A DNA stretch of 62,611 bases, the filler included, from Kipferlia bialata (lineage: Eukaryota): NCBI GenBank assembly GCA_003568945.1. It is 3 parts of 3 records of this genome, joined end to end, with 100 filler letters (N's around TTAATTAATTAA, not from the genome) between each part and the next. Parts side by side here need not be neighbours in the genome. Positions count along the whole stretch, not along the records: positions 28,462 to 56,815 come from BDIP01000153.1; 2 more parts are not named here. One strand, given 5' to 3'. The notes under the pieces were generated by a model, which saw only the letters and a program-made list of their open reading frames with translations, made no database searches and was not told the origin of the DNA. The position numbers were made by a program, and so were the translations under genes. This document shows, one piece after another, positions 37,078 to 49,923 of the stretch; the stretch's first letter is position 1, and each line of letters starts with the position of its first letter.

Positions 37078-37928
37078 GTGCTGATAGAGTGGACGGGTGA
37101 CTCTGGCTGACAGAGAGAGCTTCTGTTCTGCGGGTATCTATATTCGGGTATCTACATTCTGCATTTTAAGATACTGTCAACATGGGTTCAACTGTGAATG
37201 CAACGATTATACATTTTGACACCATCATTGACCTGGGATTACTCTCTCTGAGAGACGAGATGTAGATTCCACTAAGATACAAGTGGGATCTAAATATGTG
37301 GGAAACACTGTCAGGGTCACTCTAGCTCTTCAACACATCAGATGTAAATATGGTGCAGTTCGCGCATTGCACATACTACTGTTTTCACCATGTCGCTATT
37401 CTGTTACAAACATGTCCTGTGCTAGCATGCCGCCTCTCTCCTGTCGCATGCACATGTCGACGTGCAGGATGTACCACTTGGACCTTCTACTATACTATTA
37501 TTATTTATACTATTATTTTATCTATTCATACTATTACTATACTATAAGTGTGGATAGAGTCAAGTGCTCGAAGAGTCGGATCATAATAGAAAGAGTAGTA
37601 AATGGAGAGAAAAGAAGGGTCACTACTACTGACTCACTAGGTCCGGTTACCCAACACGTAGGACACAGACAGTGTCTGTGACAGACACCCACGTTACAAG
37701 TACCGTTCTCTCTGAATCTTGACCAATATCCTCTGCCATTGATACCAGTTGTCAATATGGGCTGACTACTGTTATCAACAGTGACACACTGTTACAGTGA
37801 GTATATCTATCTACCCACTCTTAGCAGTAGAGACCATCAGTGAGTTGTAAGCTGCGATGTGCCCAGCAACACTTTATCAGCCCCAAATTCATTGCTCCGC
37901 CTCGTTAATCCAACCCAAACAGACACAG

Positions 37929-39642
37929 ATGCCCCGTGGTCTCACCCTTGATGACCTATTGAATGCCAGAGACTCCTTGTTATGGCTAGAGGAGGTGGAT
38001 ATGGGGAACCTCAAACCACATTCTTCCAACCTGCAAGCATTTGGGAAAAACACCGTTCTCAATGGGTCAGACTCTAAGACGTACACTCTGAAGAGGGTTG
38101 ATGGAGTTCCAATGATGGTTAGGGAATCATCCCTGAGGACGCCAAAGGGTTGTATGTGGGCTTGCGGAACAGCATGTATACATGGTCGTCTGTTCTGCCT
38201 AAGGGGTCCAGGAGGTAGAGTGAGAGAGAGAGGAGATACACACTCTCTGGAGCTTACTCAAATTGACATGGACTCAGGCATGTTGATAGGGATATATATA
38301 TATATATATGGATATATATATATATATATGGATATATATATATATGGATATATATGTATGGATATATATATATGGATATATATGTATGGATATATATATA
38401 TGGACTCAGGCATGTTGATAATATCAACTTAATATGGATGTACTAATCTCTCACACACAATATAAGTATATATATACGTCCCCTGACAGTTTTTTACCAT
38501 AGGATTCTCATTGCTCTTAGTTTCTAACCGCTCTAAAGTACAATTTCTGACGCAAGGAACCTGGACCACGGGATTGCTTAGAGACACGCTTTCAGATGCA
38601 TTGGCTAGCAGCACAGTATCTCTGAAGCGCCATCATGACTCTATCCTACTGGATTGCAGTGGCTGTTTGTACGTTGTTGACCCCGATAAGCCTGAGTGTA
38701 CTAGGTTACCAGCCCACGGATACCCAGGTGTGTTCGGTGTTTGATATATAGGCTATATATGTTGTATAGCCTGCACTACACTCGTTCGCCGAACTGCTGT
38801 TTTCATACGTGTTTTCCCTTACTAGACTCCACACTAGAGCTAACAACTGATATAGCGGGCAACAATGCTCTCCATATATATAGTATATATATCCACACCC
38901 TGCTGATACTATACACTTCTCGCCTATACATGGATATACTAGATATGCTCGGTAGCCTCAACAATCTAAGAATTCACAACATTTGCTCTCGAAATGAATA
39001 TAAGTATTCCTATATGGTTTTTGAGTGACTGAAGAGTTATGTACGGCTCACTTATATACAGAGAGTAACTTCGAGTCATTACCCTTGGGTGATATGTTAG
39101 TAGTCTCCCTTTGGACACAAGATGAAGACGACTCGTCTTCAGAAGACGAGATTTACCAGTCATATTCGACCACCCGTGGTTGGGAGAGTATATGTGAACA
39201 CACAGTACCCGAAGGGTTCGTCTCGTCATGTTACATTTCTATTAGCAACTCCACTTTATGTGTTGGGTATGAGGCACTCGGTACTGAGAGCGGGATTGGA
39301 TTCTTAGATGGAGTGAGTGATGAGTTTGTCCATTGCTGCCGTTCAGACTTCTGGTTTAGCCAATGGGTACAACTATCCCCTGGCACTCTATTGGTCGAGG
39401 TTCAGATGACATGTGACATGACATCAAGGTACTTGAATATAATGGGTGTCTCCTTTCTTGTTGACTATATGTGACGCTTCCAAAACCAAAACATCTGATT
39501 AACTATTCAGTTCTGGTTCTTTCAGTAATCACCCCTCACCCACACTAGCAGCAGAGACCGCAGGTGGTACCTGTTTCACGTGGACCTTTCGATGATACAG
39601 GAGAGAGGGGGGGTTCTCTCCAGAGACTTGTTTGACACATAG
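37929..39642 (+). CDS. Divergent beta-propeller-like protein, head-to-head pair, right copy
   Basis: [11 protein letters not shown]...[12 protein letters not shown]...[45 protein letters not shown]. The first intron appears to be GC-AG. The join near 38730-39025 is unresolved (possible frameshift). Confidence 0.6.
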
Positions 39643-40380
39643 GAGAGAGAGCAGATATTTTCTGTAGAATAGACTTTGACCAAACTGGAGCGACTTCTTG
39701 ACTAAGGCAGACCAACTCAAAAATTTAGTCGTCAGAAAATGCCATTTGGAGACTTCAATGAGAAATCTCTCCCAGAGCAAGGCAGTCAGCTTTGTAAATT
39801 ACCGCAGTGTTCTATTACAAATATTCATTTATTTTAAGTCGCACTGTAGGGAATCTCGATACAATTGCAATTTGCAACCACACCCTCTATACCCCCCGCC
39901 TGGCCAGTGATGTCTAACTAGATGAATAGTCGTCAAGCAATCTCTTACAACAGTTCTAGTACAGACATCAGTTAGGTATACACTCTCTGTATCCCTTGCT
40001 GGTCCTTGATAGCTTGTTGATCCAATAATTATTCATATATCATCTATTACAAAGTCCATCAATGAGGAAAATAGTAGTCACAGTACTCTTTGGATACCGT
40101 AAAGGAGCAGTATGGTATCTTTCCTACACGGATACCCAATATACATCCCACTGTCTAGATTCCCTTTCTGGCCCTGGATGCCTTGTTGATCATGACTAGT
40201 ACATATATCAATTGCAACTAATGTATAACGGGCATTGGTTAAGTCTCTCTCAAAAATATAGAATACAACTAATATACTCTACATGCCCCTTCTAGCCCTG
40301 GATGCCTTGTTGATAATGATATATGATACATACTCTATCTATTGTTCCTTACACCCCATGGACAGTATATATATAATAGA

Positions 40381-42631
40381 CTAGATCCCCCTTCTGGCCC
40401 TGGATGCCTTGTTGATCATGGTGGTTATGTACTTGGAGGCCTGGCCTGGGTATAAGATGTTTATGAATACATTTATGTGTATATATGATCCTGGCTGCCT
40501 GTATGACTGCATATAGGCCTATGGAGAAATATATATTCACTATTGCAAGAGCGTGAAATATGTATATACATATATACACATATATACCTATGATCCTGGC
40601 TGCCTCCTCCCGCTGAGCAAGGCTGATCCTTGATATTAGAGGCATATGTATATTAATATAAATAAATGTATATATGTATCTATATATACTCTTTAATACC
40701 TATCAGTAGCAAGGCTGATCCTGGGTGTGAGAGGAATTTATGTATGAATGTGTGTATGTATATGTGTATATGTGTATATATATACACGCATCAATACCTA
40801 TCAGTGGCAAGGATGATCCTGGGTGTGAGAGGCATATATGTATGTATATGAATATGTATTCGTATATGTATGTTAATGTTTATATATATGTATACTCTAT
40901 AATACCTATCAGTAGCAAGGCTGACCCTGGGTGTTAGAGGCATATGTATATTAATATATATATGTATATTTATAAATTCATTAATACCTATCAGTATCAG
41001 TAGCACGGCTGATCCTGGTGGTAGAGAATCAGATAGTCATATGACAGCTAGTGTAATACAACTAACATGTATGGCTATTAGAACTGTATACACTATACAT
41101 ATAAGTACACTGATGTAGCTGAAGCTGTATATATATATATAAATATAGAATACAGAGAGGCTAGTAAACATACACATACCTGTCCAGTGCCTCCTCGCAT
41201 GTCTCTCCAATATACATACCGAAATTCCTATATCATATATAGTACACATATCATTACTATACTTTAATATACATAATACCTATCCAGTGCCTCCTCGCAT
41301 GTCTCTGCCTATACTGGTATATAAACTATAATTGCCACACTATATATATACCTGTCCAGTGCCTCCTCGCATGTCTCTGCCGGTCCATCCTCAGAGGCAT
41401 CCTGGGGGTCAGAAAGAGTCAATGAGACAGTCAACAGGTTCTATTATGGTCAAGGAAGGTCAATACTAGATAAGGTACTAGTCAAGGTACCTTGGCTCCC
41501 AGTGCCTTCCTGACAGACTGCTCGACCTGAGGCGTTAGGGAATACACAGAACAATTACACATAGTATTTATACATACATACATATATATATTATTAGTAC
41601 ATATATATACATATATATAGTGGCATATGTGTATATCTTCCTGACAGACTGCTCCACCTGGGGGTTAGGGAATCGTTGTATATACATATACATCTATATA
41701 TTAAATATGTTTTACGTATGTTGTAGTACATGTATATATAGTTGTATATATGTATCTCTTTCTGACAGACTGCTCCACTAGGGGGGTAAGGGTATCCACA
41801 AAGTATATATACATGGGTATGTATGTATATATGTATATATGTATATACGCATACCTCTGCGAACTGTGATGCCAGTGTGTCCTTGAGGATGGAGACCTGG
41901 GGTGAGACAGAGTGATTCTGTATGGGGGATAGGTAGAGAGAGATATATATAGTCCTGTACCTGCCCTCCAGGTCCCTCTGGCTGTGCCCTGTCAACACAT
42001 ACTGCAACACATACAAACAAGTATATACATATATCATTACATATATGTCCCATATATGTCTACATACCTGTCCTCCAGGTCCCTCCTGCTGTACCCTGTC
42101 TGCTGTGCTGCCCTCATACACAGAGTGGGTGGCTAGGGTTATATACATACAAACAAATATACATATATATGTATGTATATATAGTGTATATATAGTGTAT
42201 ATATATAAAATGTGTCCTGTCTGCTGTGCTGCCCTCATACACAGAGTGGGTGGCTGGAGTAAGTATACACTACTATGATATATATAAATATTGAGAGAGA
42301 GAGAGAGAGATGTGCCCTGTCTGCTGTGCTGCCCTCATACACAGAGTGGGAGGCTGGAGTAAGTATATACTTCTATCACACATTCATAGAGAGAGAGAGA
42401 GAAAGAGAGAGATGCCCATCATGGACGGAGTGGGCACCTTGGGTAGATGTATGTATATTTCTATACATAGACCCATACATATGTACATATAGAGAGAGAG
42501 CGATGCCCTCATAGACAAAGTGGACAGGTGAGGACAGCCGGTGAAAGTATAGGAATATGTATATGTATATACACACTGATATGTACATATATATGAGATG
42601 ATAAAGAGAGAGAGAGAGACGGCCTATAAGT

Positions 42632-42678
<47 letters not shown>

Positions 42679-44129
42679 CCAGGGCACCCACCTTCCAGCT
42701 CGATGTCGTCATCTGCAATGTCCCCATCCTCCTGATAGTAAGTGTATCGGTACACATATATAGAGAGAGTATATATACTACCTATACTATATATCATCTG
42801 CAATGTCCCCATCCTCCTGATAGTGAGAATCTTATTACTATACTATAATAATTTAAGTTAGAATAGTATTACTATTCTATAATGATATATGTATATATCA
42901 CCCTCTCTTCATATATAGACTGATGTCGTCATCCGCAATGTCCCCATCCTCCTGATGGTTAGTACTTAAGAATCAATACACTGTCTATCCTATTATATAT
43001 ATATATATACATATATCTCTGAGTATCATCTGCAATGTCGCCATCCTCCTGATAGTTAGTACAATAGAATGTACATTCACTACATATATACATATTTGTA
43101 AATTCATACAGAGTATACAACGCATATACATAATTATATATGATTATCAACTCCTATGTCCCCATCCTCCTGATCGTTAGTATGCGAAGGTAAAGAGTGG
43201 ATGGGTATCTTCTACAGTGGCCATCCTCCTGTCAGTTAGTATTGGTATTACTACCTTTCCATCTATACACGGAGTATATCAACGTCTACAATGTCACTAT
43301 CCTTCTGATCGCAAAGAGAGTGACAAGAATTGTAGTACACACGTATTTTGATAATATACATACCTGCGTGTGCTGTGTCTGTGAGAAGGATGCCCCGACA
43401 TCCATGTCAATATGTATACACATACATACATTTATTCATATTTATACATGTATATACACATATATATTGCATATATGCATCTCACTATATATGTATACTA
43501 TATTACTAACCTGTGTGTGCTGTGTCTGTGAGAACGATGCCCCGACATCCATATCGTCAAGGTCGGCATCTCTCCCTCCCTCTCTCTCCCTCTCTCCCTC
43601 CTTGACCACCACTCCACCCCCAAACACCCTCTGCTCCACCACTGTCTCCTGGGTACAGACGTCGCCTGGGGTTAGATATCAGATGTACATTTAGATATAC
43701 ATATGATGGGTCTCCTGGGTGCATGTGACATCATCTAATATCAGTATATATACTAATTTATATATATATATATATGTACATGAAGATATATATACTATAT
43801 ACTATGTGCATACACACCCTCTGCTCCACCACAGTCTCATGGATACAGACGTCGCCTTATATATAATGTATCTATATATATATATATACTGGATGACAAC
43901 ACCTGGTATTAGATGTGTCGGTGCGCAAATAGAAACAACAGTTATATATATATGAACTATATCACGGCGTCACCTATCACTGTCTCCAGGGTAATTGTGC
44001 CGTCAGTGTGGACAGTATTGCAATCAGATATACACTGTAACGTACACACATAAAGAAATAGTATAATGTATACAATACCTAACACTGTGTCTTGAGTGTG
44101 TACGGCATCAGTCTGGACAGGGGTGGCAT
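40381..44129 (-). CDS. Hypothetical protein, 3' exons (5' end in gap)
   Basis: Exon chain, phase-consistent where checked: ...SQTQHTQ|EDGDIADDDIELE|ATHSVYEG...GGQ|VSILKDTLASQFAE|VEQSVRKALGAK|DASEDG...LDR|ISLAQREEAARII|ASKYITTMINKASRARRGI*. No family recognised. Confidence 0.6.
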
Positions 44130-44207
44130 CTGGGGTGAGGAGAGAGAGAAGAGTGACAGTCGGGATGAGATGAGAAGCACAGGCTAAAGGAAAAAAATAA
44201 AGGGGGG

Positions 44208-44603
44208 NNNNNNNNNNNNNNNNNNNNNNNNNNNNNNNNNNNNNNNNNNNNNNNNNNNNNNNNNNNNNNNNNNNNNNNNNNNNNNNNNNNNNNNNNNNNN
44301 NNNNNNNNNNNNNNNNNNNNNNNNNNNNNNNNNNNNNNNNNNNNNNNNNNNNNNNNNNNNNNNNNNNNNNNNNNNNNNNNNNNNNNNNNNNNNNNNNNNN
44401 NNNNNNNNNNNNNNNNNNNNNNNNNNNNNNNNNNNNNNNNNNNNNNNNNNNNNNNNNNNNNNNNNNNNNNNNNNNNNNNNNNNNNNNNNNNNNNNNNNNN
44501 NNNNNNNNNNNNNNNNNNNNNNNNNNNNNNNNNNNNNNNNNNNNNNNNNNNNNNNNNNNNNNNNNNNNNNNNNNNNNNNNNNNNNNNNNNNNNNNNNNNN
44601 NNN
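44208..44603. other. Assembly gap
   Basis: N run. Confidence 0.95.
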
Positions 44604-44661
44604 TACTAAGAAGAGGGTGAGAACCCCCCCCCCCCCCCCCCGGTTTCCCCTCTCACCCTAG

Positions 44662-45670
44662 GCAACAACATCGATAGTGAGACCAAGGGTATGCTTGAGG
44701 CTTCTGTGTCCCTGACCTCTGTGGCCGGGGAGGACCAGTGTCAGAGTGAAAGGCAGGGAGGTCATTCTGAGAGTGCGCTGGCCTCCAGAGAGATGACACT
44801 ACCAAAGAGTGGGACAGTGGCTCTTGCTAGGGTGTCTGAGAGAGATGAGGTTGAGGAGTACGGAGATGCGGAGCCTGAGATCAACAGAGAGAATGCCTAC
44901 ATCGTGACCCAGTTTGTCGTCTGTTTCGGGTAACTGCATTCTGTAATCTCTCCGTCAGAGTCTTCAATCACGCACAACCAAGTGTATGTCGTTCCTGACA
45001 TACATACATACTAACATATACATATATATATATACACTTAGTGATATATATACACTGCATATAATATGCAGTGATACTCATATGATAATTAATGGTTAAT
45101 AATTAATTATCTTAATTATCTTAACTATTAATAACTAATAATTAATTTTCTTAATTATTAATAATGAATAATTAATTTTCTCATTTATTAATAATTAATA
45201 TTTTATTATCCTCTCACCCCAGGGTCCTAGTAGCTGTCCAGGATGGCACGAACATGTTTCATGTACCAAAAGAGTGGATGGACACGGTGTGGAACCTATA
45301 TAAAGAAGGCAGCGCCCTGTACACCAGAATCAGAACCAGGTAAGGACATTCTTGAACTATTTAGAATAGTGCATTTGTTGGTATTGTACCTTCTCGCTCT
45401 CGTTGACACCAGGGAGACCCAGCTTGGCCTGAAGGCAAAGAGCATTGAGTGCGGGTTCCTCCCACAGGTATGTGACATCGTATGTCGTACTCAATGTCTT
45501 AGAGTCTTTCTATGAATTATGCAATGGTTGTCATATGCCTAGGTGTCGAGTTATCATAACTGCGGCATATCTACTCGGCTCTCCATGTCTTCTTTCGTTT
45601 CCCCTGCAGAGTACGGAACAGTATATGAATTGTGTAGAACTATTTTCAGCCAAGAGCGTCCCATCCCATC

Positions 45671-45711
<41 letters not shown>

Positions 45712-46127
45712 ATCCCAGTATGTGTGGGACAGGTACGACGAGAGCCTTGAGCTTGTGGAGAGCTTTATCGACCTGGACTCATTCAGGTACTATATGTAAT
45801 ATGAACATACATATACATGTATTCTGTTGATAACCTAATTTCATGATATACAGTCCACTATACATTATATATACTCAGTATACACACCACACTCATAACA
45901 GCACTCCGAAGGATGCACTGGCTGCGTGGGCAAGATATATATATATATATAGTGATGTTCAATATAGTGTGAGATATATAGTAATGGTATAGTATATATG
46001 GTATGCTCATATCAGTAATGCAAAGGAGGCCCTTGCTGCGTGGGCCCTGGTGTACAGGCCTCTCTACCCTGAGGTGGCCGTAGCCCTCAAGTACTCACCC
46101 ATGTTCAAGGGGGTCAGGCACCTCTGA
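44662..46127 (+). CDS. Hypothetical protein, 3' exons
   Basis: Exon chain: ...AYIVTQFVVCFG|VLVAVQDG...RIRT|RETQLG...FLPQ|YVWDRYDESL...DSFS|NAKEALAAWALVYRPLYPEVAVALKYSPMFKGVRHL*. Confidence 0.6.
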
Positions 46128-46722
46128 ATGTATGTACTGTATGTAGTACATACAGTATGTACCCTCCTTGAAGTACATGCTGTCTGCAGTGTAGATGTTC
46201 AAGGGGGTGAGGCACCTCTGATTCAGAGTCTGAATGAATCTAAGAATGAAAGAGACTCTATCTATTGGCACAGTGATTAGAACTATGTATTCGATACATC
46301 TTGCATAGTGAAGTGTAGACATAGTAAATTGCATCTTAGTGCCATTATGGATACATGTTGTCCATATATTCAAGAGGCCAGGTGGCACCATAATATGCAA
46401 TGTACTTAAGTAAGTATTATTAGTGATGAAAGTGTTTGTGGCAGGTGTTCTATATGATAATGAATGATTCATTGTTGAGAGACTAATTTCTGTCTTCGAA
46501 CGAGACAAGGGTGTCAAGTCGCCACCGCAGGCGAGAATCACATCGAAAGTGTCCCATATCCCCACTGCATTGTGTAGAAACTAAATGAGGCAGGTACTGA
46601 GCTAATTGAGCTCAGCACAATGATAATACTAGAGAACCCTTTCGACAGAGTAAATCAAAAACCGGATTATCGGATGTTTTTGCCAACAAGGGTCTGTTTG
46701 GTATCAACCTCCTCTTCTCAGC

Positions 46723-49069
46723 ATGCCCCGAGCTGTTAAGGTACCTGCTGGGGCCGAGGAGTGTGGCCTGGATGCCAGTATTTGGGGTATGACCTTTGAT
46801 ACAGCTGAGGAGTGTCTGGCTGAGATGGAGAGACAGTCTGGCAAGCAGTGGGAGATGGTTGGGAAGGGGGTGAAGCAGAGGAGGGTCAAGTGTCTCTCTG
46901 GTACAGGGCCAGAGCCCTATAGGAAGCCACCGGTGGTGGGGTGGAACTGTGTGAGCTCAATGTGGATGTCACTGGTGAGTGTAAGCATATCAGTGTGACA
47001 TGACTCTCTCAAACAAGACACAATATGGCCTTGTACATTATGTGTCCAATAGTGCTCTTACCGCAGCCGGTTACAGGATTGGAAAGATACGCCACTCAAC
47101 ACACCACGACAAGTGTCTTAGGGGTGAAGGGCAGGTGAGTCCTGCCATGTAGTGGTATCAACTGATATACACCAAAATCTGAATATGACACAAGTGTATA
47201 TATATGATATATATAATATATATAATATATATCACAAATGAATACATGTACGGTTAAGTGGATCAAGGGTTGAATACAGGTGATTCCTGGTACTTATGTG
47301 TATATATACCCACTAGTGATCTGCGGCAAGTGGACACCAATAGTAGAGACACGGGCAAATATGTCCGAAGTGTATCCGCCTCCACAAATACTTCAGAATG
47401 TTTCTGGTTGTTCAGTATTCGGTTGCTTGTCTCCCTCTCCCTCTCCCTCTCCTACAGTGTAGGCTACACTTCTTGAGTATCCTGACCCCAGGCAGCGTCG
47501 CAGCTCCGAGTCCTGAGCCCCAACAGGTATTCACAATATTCGCATTCATATATATATATATGTAGATATATACATATGAAACCGTATTCATCTATACACA
47601 AACATATGTATACGTGTGCGTATGTGACTCTATTGATACATATAGTATTCATGTTTATGTTTTTCACTGCGGCACAGAATACAGTTCCCCCCTCCCAACA
47701 GGTACTCCAGTGACTGGAATCTAGTCTCTCGGCAGAACTCTTTACGCCTATCATCTGTCAAAGATGATTCATCTGTTGTATATTGGACTATGATCAATGT
47801 ACTGAAACAGGTTGCCCCTTGCCTTACCACTCGAGCATCATGTGTCACTACACCCTGCTGCTATGCTCAGTCCGTCAGAGGTGTGTATGGCTATATACTC
47901 ACTCTACTTCTCTTTAGTATTGGAGAGGATAGAACATACACGAGACCTTTGTGGTAAGTCACAATACACACTGTGTAAAAATACATACATCTGGCGTGTG
48001 TTACGATTCAGATGTATTGTTCCTACGTTAATACCCATGACACGTTCAGGTGTTCTGCTTGCCTGAGACCAACATACACAATGGTGTTGTGGTAACTCTC
48101 CCAGAGAATGGCACAGTGACAAAGTCTCTCTCTGCCTCTGTAGAGAGGATGCTTCTCCCAGAGCAGCTTTCGAAGAGCACAGTCAGTGTCAGAGTGGGAA
48201 ACCGTCTCTATGTGCCAAGACTGATATACAACCAGACCCTGACTGACACTGTTGCCACCATGGTTGTGTACGAACTGGACACTGGAGAGTGGCACTATGA
48301 CAACTGGTGCAAAGAAGATGGTCCTGGAGTCGACTGTCTCTTGTGGGCAATGGACAACAACATATACGCACTTGGACACCAGGCGGCAGGAACAGGGGCC
48401 CAGAACACTCGTGGAGACACCGCATTCCAGCGCTATGATACTGACACCCATAAGTGGTATTCAGCGTACATCCCACACACACTGGGTGGCTTTGTGAAGG
48501 GGACAACCACACAGGAAAGGCATCCATTCCCCGACTCTCTGTCTCTCCAACCATCTGACAATCAATGCACAGTGGCAGTGGTGGCGGGTTCTGCCTATGT
48601 GTTCCTCTGCTCAGAACAGAGAGCCCTAGCATGGGTAGCCGCTTACACTCCCAGACTCCATAAGGGGTGTCATCACTGCAAGTGGAGGTTTCGGACATAC
48701 GAAGCTAGATGCTCTCTCCACTACCATACACAAATAGGCAGGATGCTGAGAGCCAAGGGAGGGGGAACATACAGTCTGACATCGTCGATAGTGTGCGGCC
48801 GCTACATTGTATTGGTCAGCACGCTTCCTGTTCGGAATGCGAGGTTCCCAAACCCAAAGGTCACCACCTATCTACCTGTGTTTGACACGATCAGCAGCAA
48901 GTGGCAGGAGTGGAATGACCTTGGCATCGACAACCATGTAGTGCAGGCAGAGAGTGGACTGATTGTCTACACACAGAGAGAGAAGAACCGCCAGCATGTG
49001 TTTAGCCAGGCTGAGGTCGACCATACCCTGCTGTACCCTGACCCTGACCTGAGATGGGCCCAGTACTAG
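46723..49069 (+). CDS. Kelch-like beta-propeller protein with a putative N-terminal FAR1/WRKY-like Zn-finger
   Basis: Exons are ~46723-46978, 47067-47134, 47492-47526, 47811-47880 and 48050-49069. The last exon has VRVGNRLYV...VYELDTGEW, AMDNNIYALG...YDTDTHKW, VFDTISSKW and EVDHTLLYPD. The first donor is uncertain. Confidence 0.65.
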
Positions 49070-49580
49070 GAGTCCTAGTCTAGGACTACCTGGACCAGGT
49101 CCTGGTCTAGGAGTGTGTGCGGATCGTTGGTTCGCCACTTCTAGTGTTTACATGAATGTGTCTATCTGTACCGACCTGAGGTGATCTCTATACTCGGAGT
49201 GTGTGTCACCAATACTGTATCGTAAAATATACATGAAAGAAGAATTGGACTGTTAAGATCACTATACTACAGTACAACATCTATTCATCTGGCCACAGAG
49301 TGTGATAATTGAGACTGCCTATGATGTCCTATGGAACCCTTTCGCAATCTGAGCCAGTCTTCTTGCCCCAAACAATACCGCCTGGAGTCACACATGGTTA
49401 CTCCCTCTCTCTCTCCTTCCTCCAATCTGCTTCCTCCTCTCTCTCATCAATCCCAGACACCTCATCATTGGGATTCGAGTCCGTCATAGATAGTTTTGGC
49501 ACAGCACCTTCTGTACTGGGAACGGTACCAGGGTAGACCAACGGGCGCATATCGGCTGCAAAGGCGGGGCGCTCTGGTCT

Positions 49581-49664
49581 GATGAGCTTGGCATCGACAA
49601 CCATGAAGTGCAGGCAGAGAGTGGACTGGTTGTCTACACACAGAGAGAGAAGATCCCCCAGCAT
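49581..49664 (+). repeat. ~80 nt near-identical displaced copy of coding sequence 48916-48997
   Basis: CTTGGCATCGACAACCATG(A/T)AGTGCAGGCAGAGAGTGGACTG(G/A)TTGTCTACACACAGAGAGAGAAGA occurs twice. Confidence 0.9.
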
Positions 49665-49923
49665 GGATACAGACTATACCATCAACGGTTGACTTTCAAC
49701 CCCTAATGATTGTGTGTTACAACAATTGCTCTATTAAGAGAAAACACATTCTCTTAGGATCCAGGAATGTTTGAAAGAAGAGCCAACTATTTAACAGATG
49801 ATATACTCCTCAATCCCTACGGTAAAGAGATCTATTGCAAAGACTGGACAGTATTTGATTCCTGTGATAGTGCTAACAATATACTCTCGGCGTCTACACG
49901 GCTAGTCTTATTACCCTTTTCGC

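Noticed and set aside
42095..43315. Repeat-spacer-like pattern as a CRISPR array
   Set aside because: The repeats are exon fragments of unequal length, the spacers are low-complexity microsatellite, the context is eukaryotic, and there are no cas genes.
45080..45210. Very AT-rich TTAATTA-type stretch as a MITE or origin
   Set aside because: It is low-complexity intron sequence without terminal inverted repeats or a target duplication.
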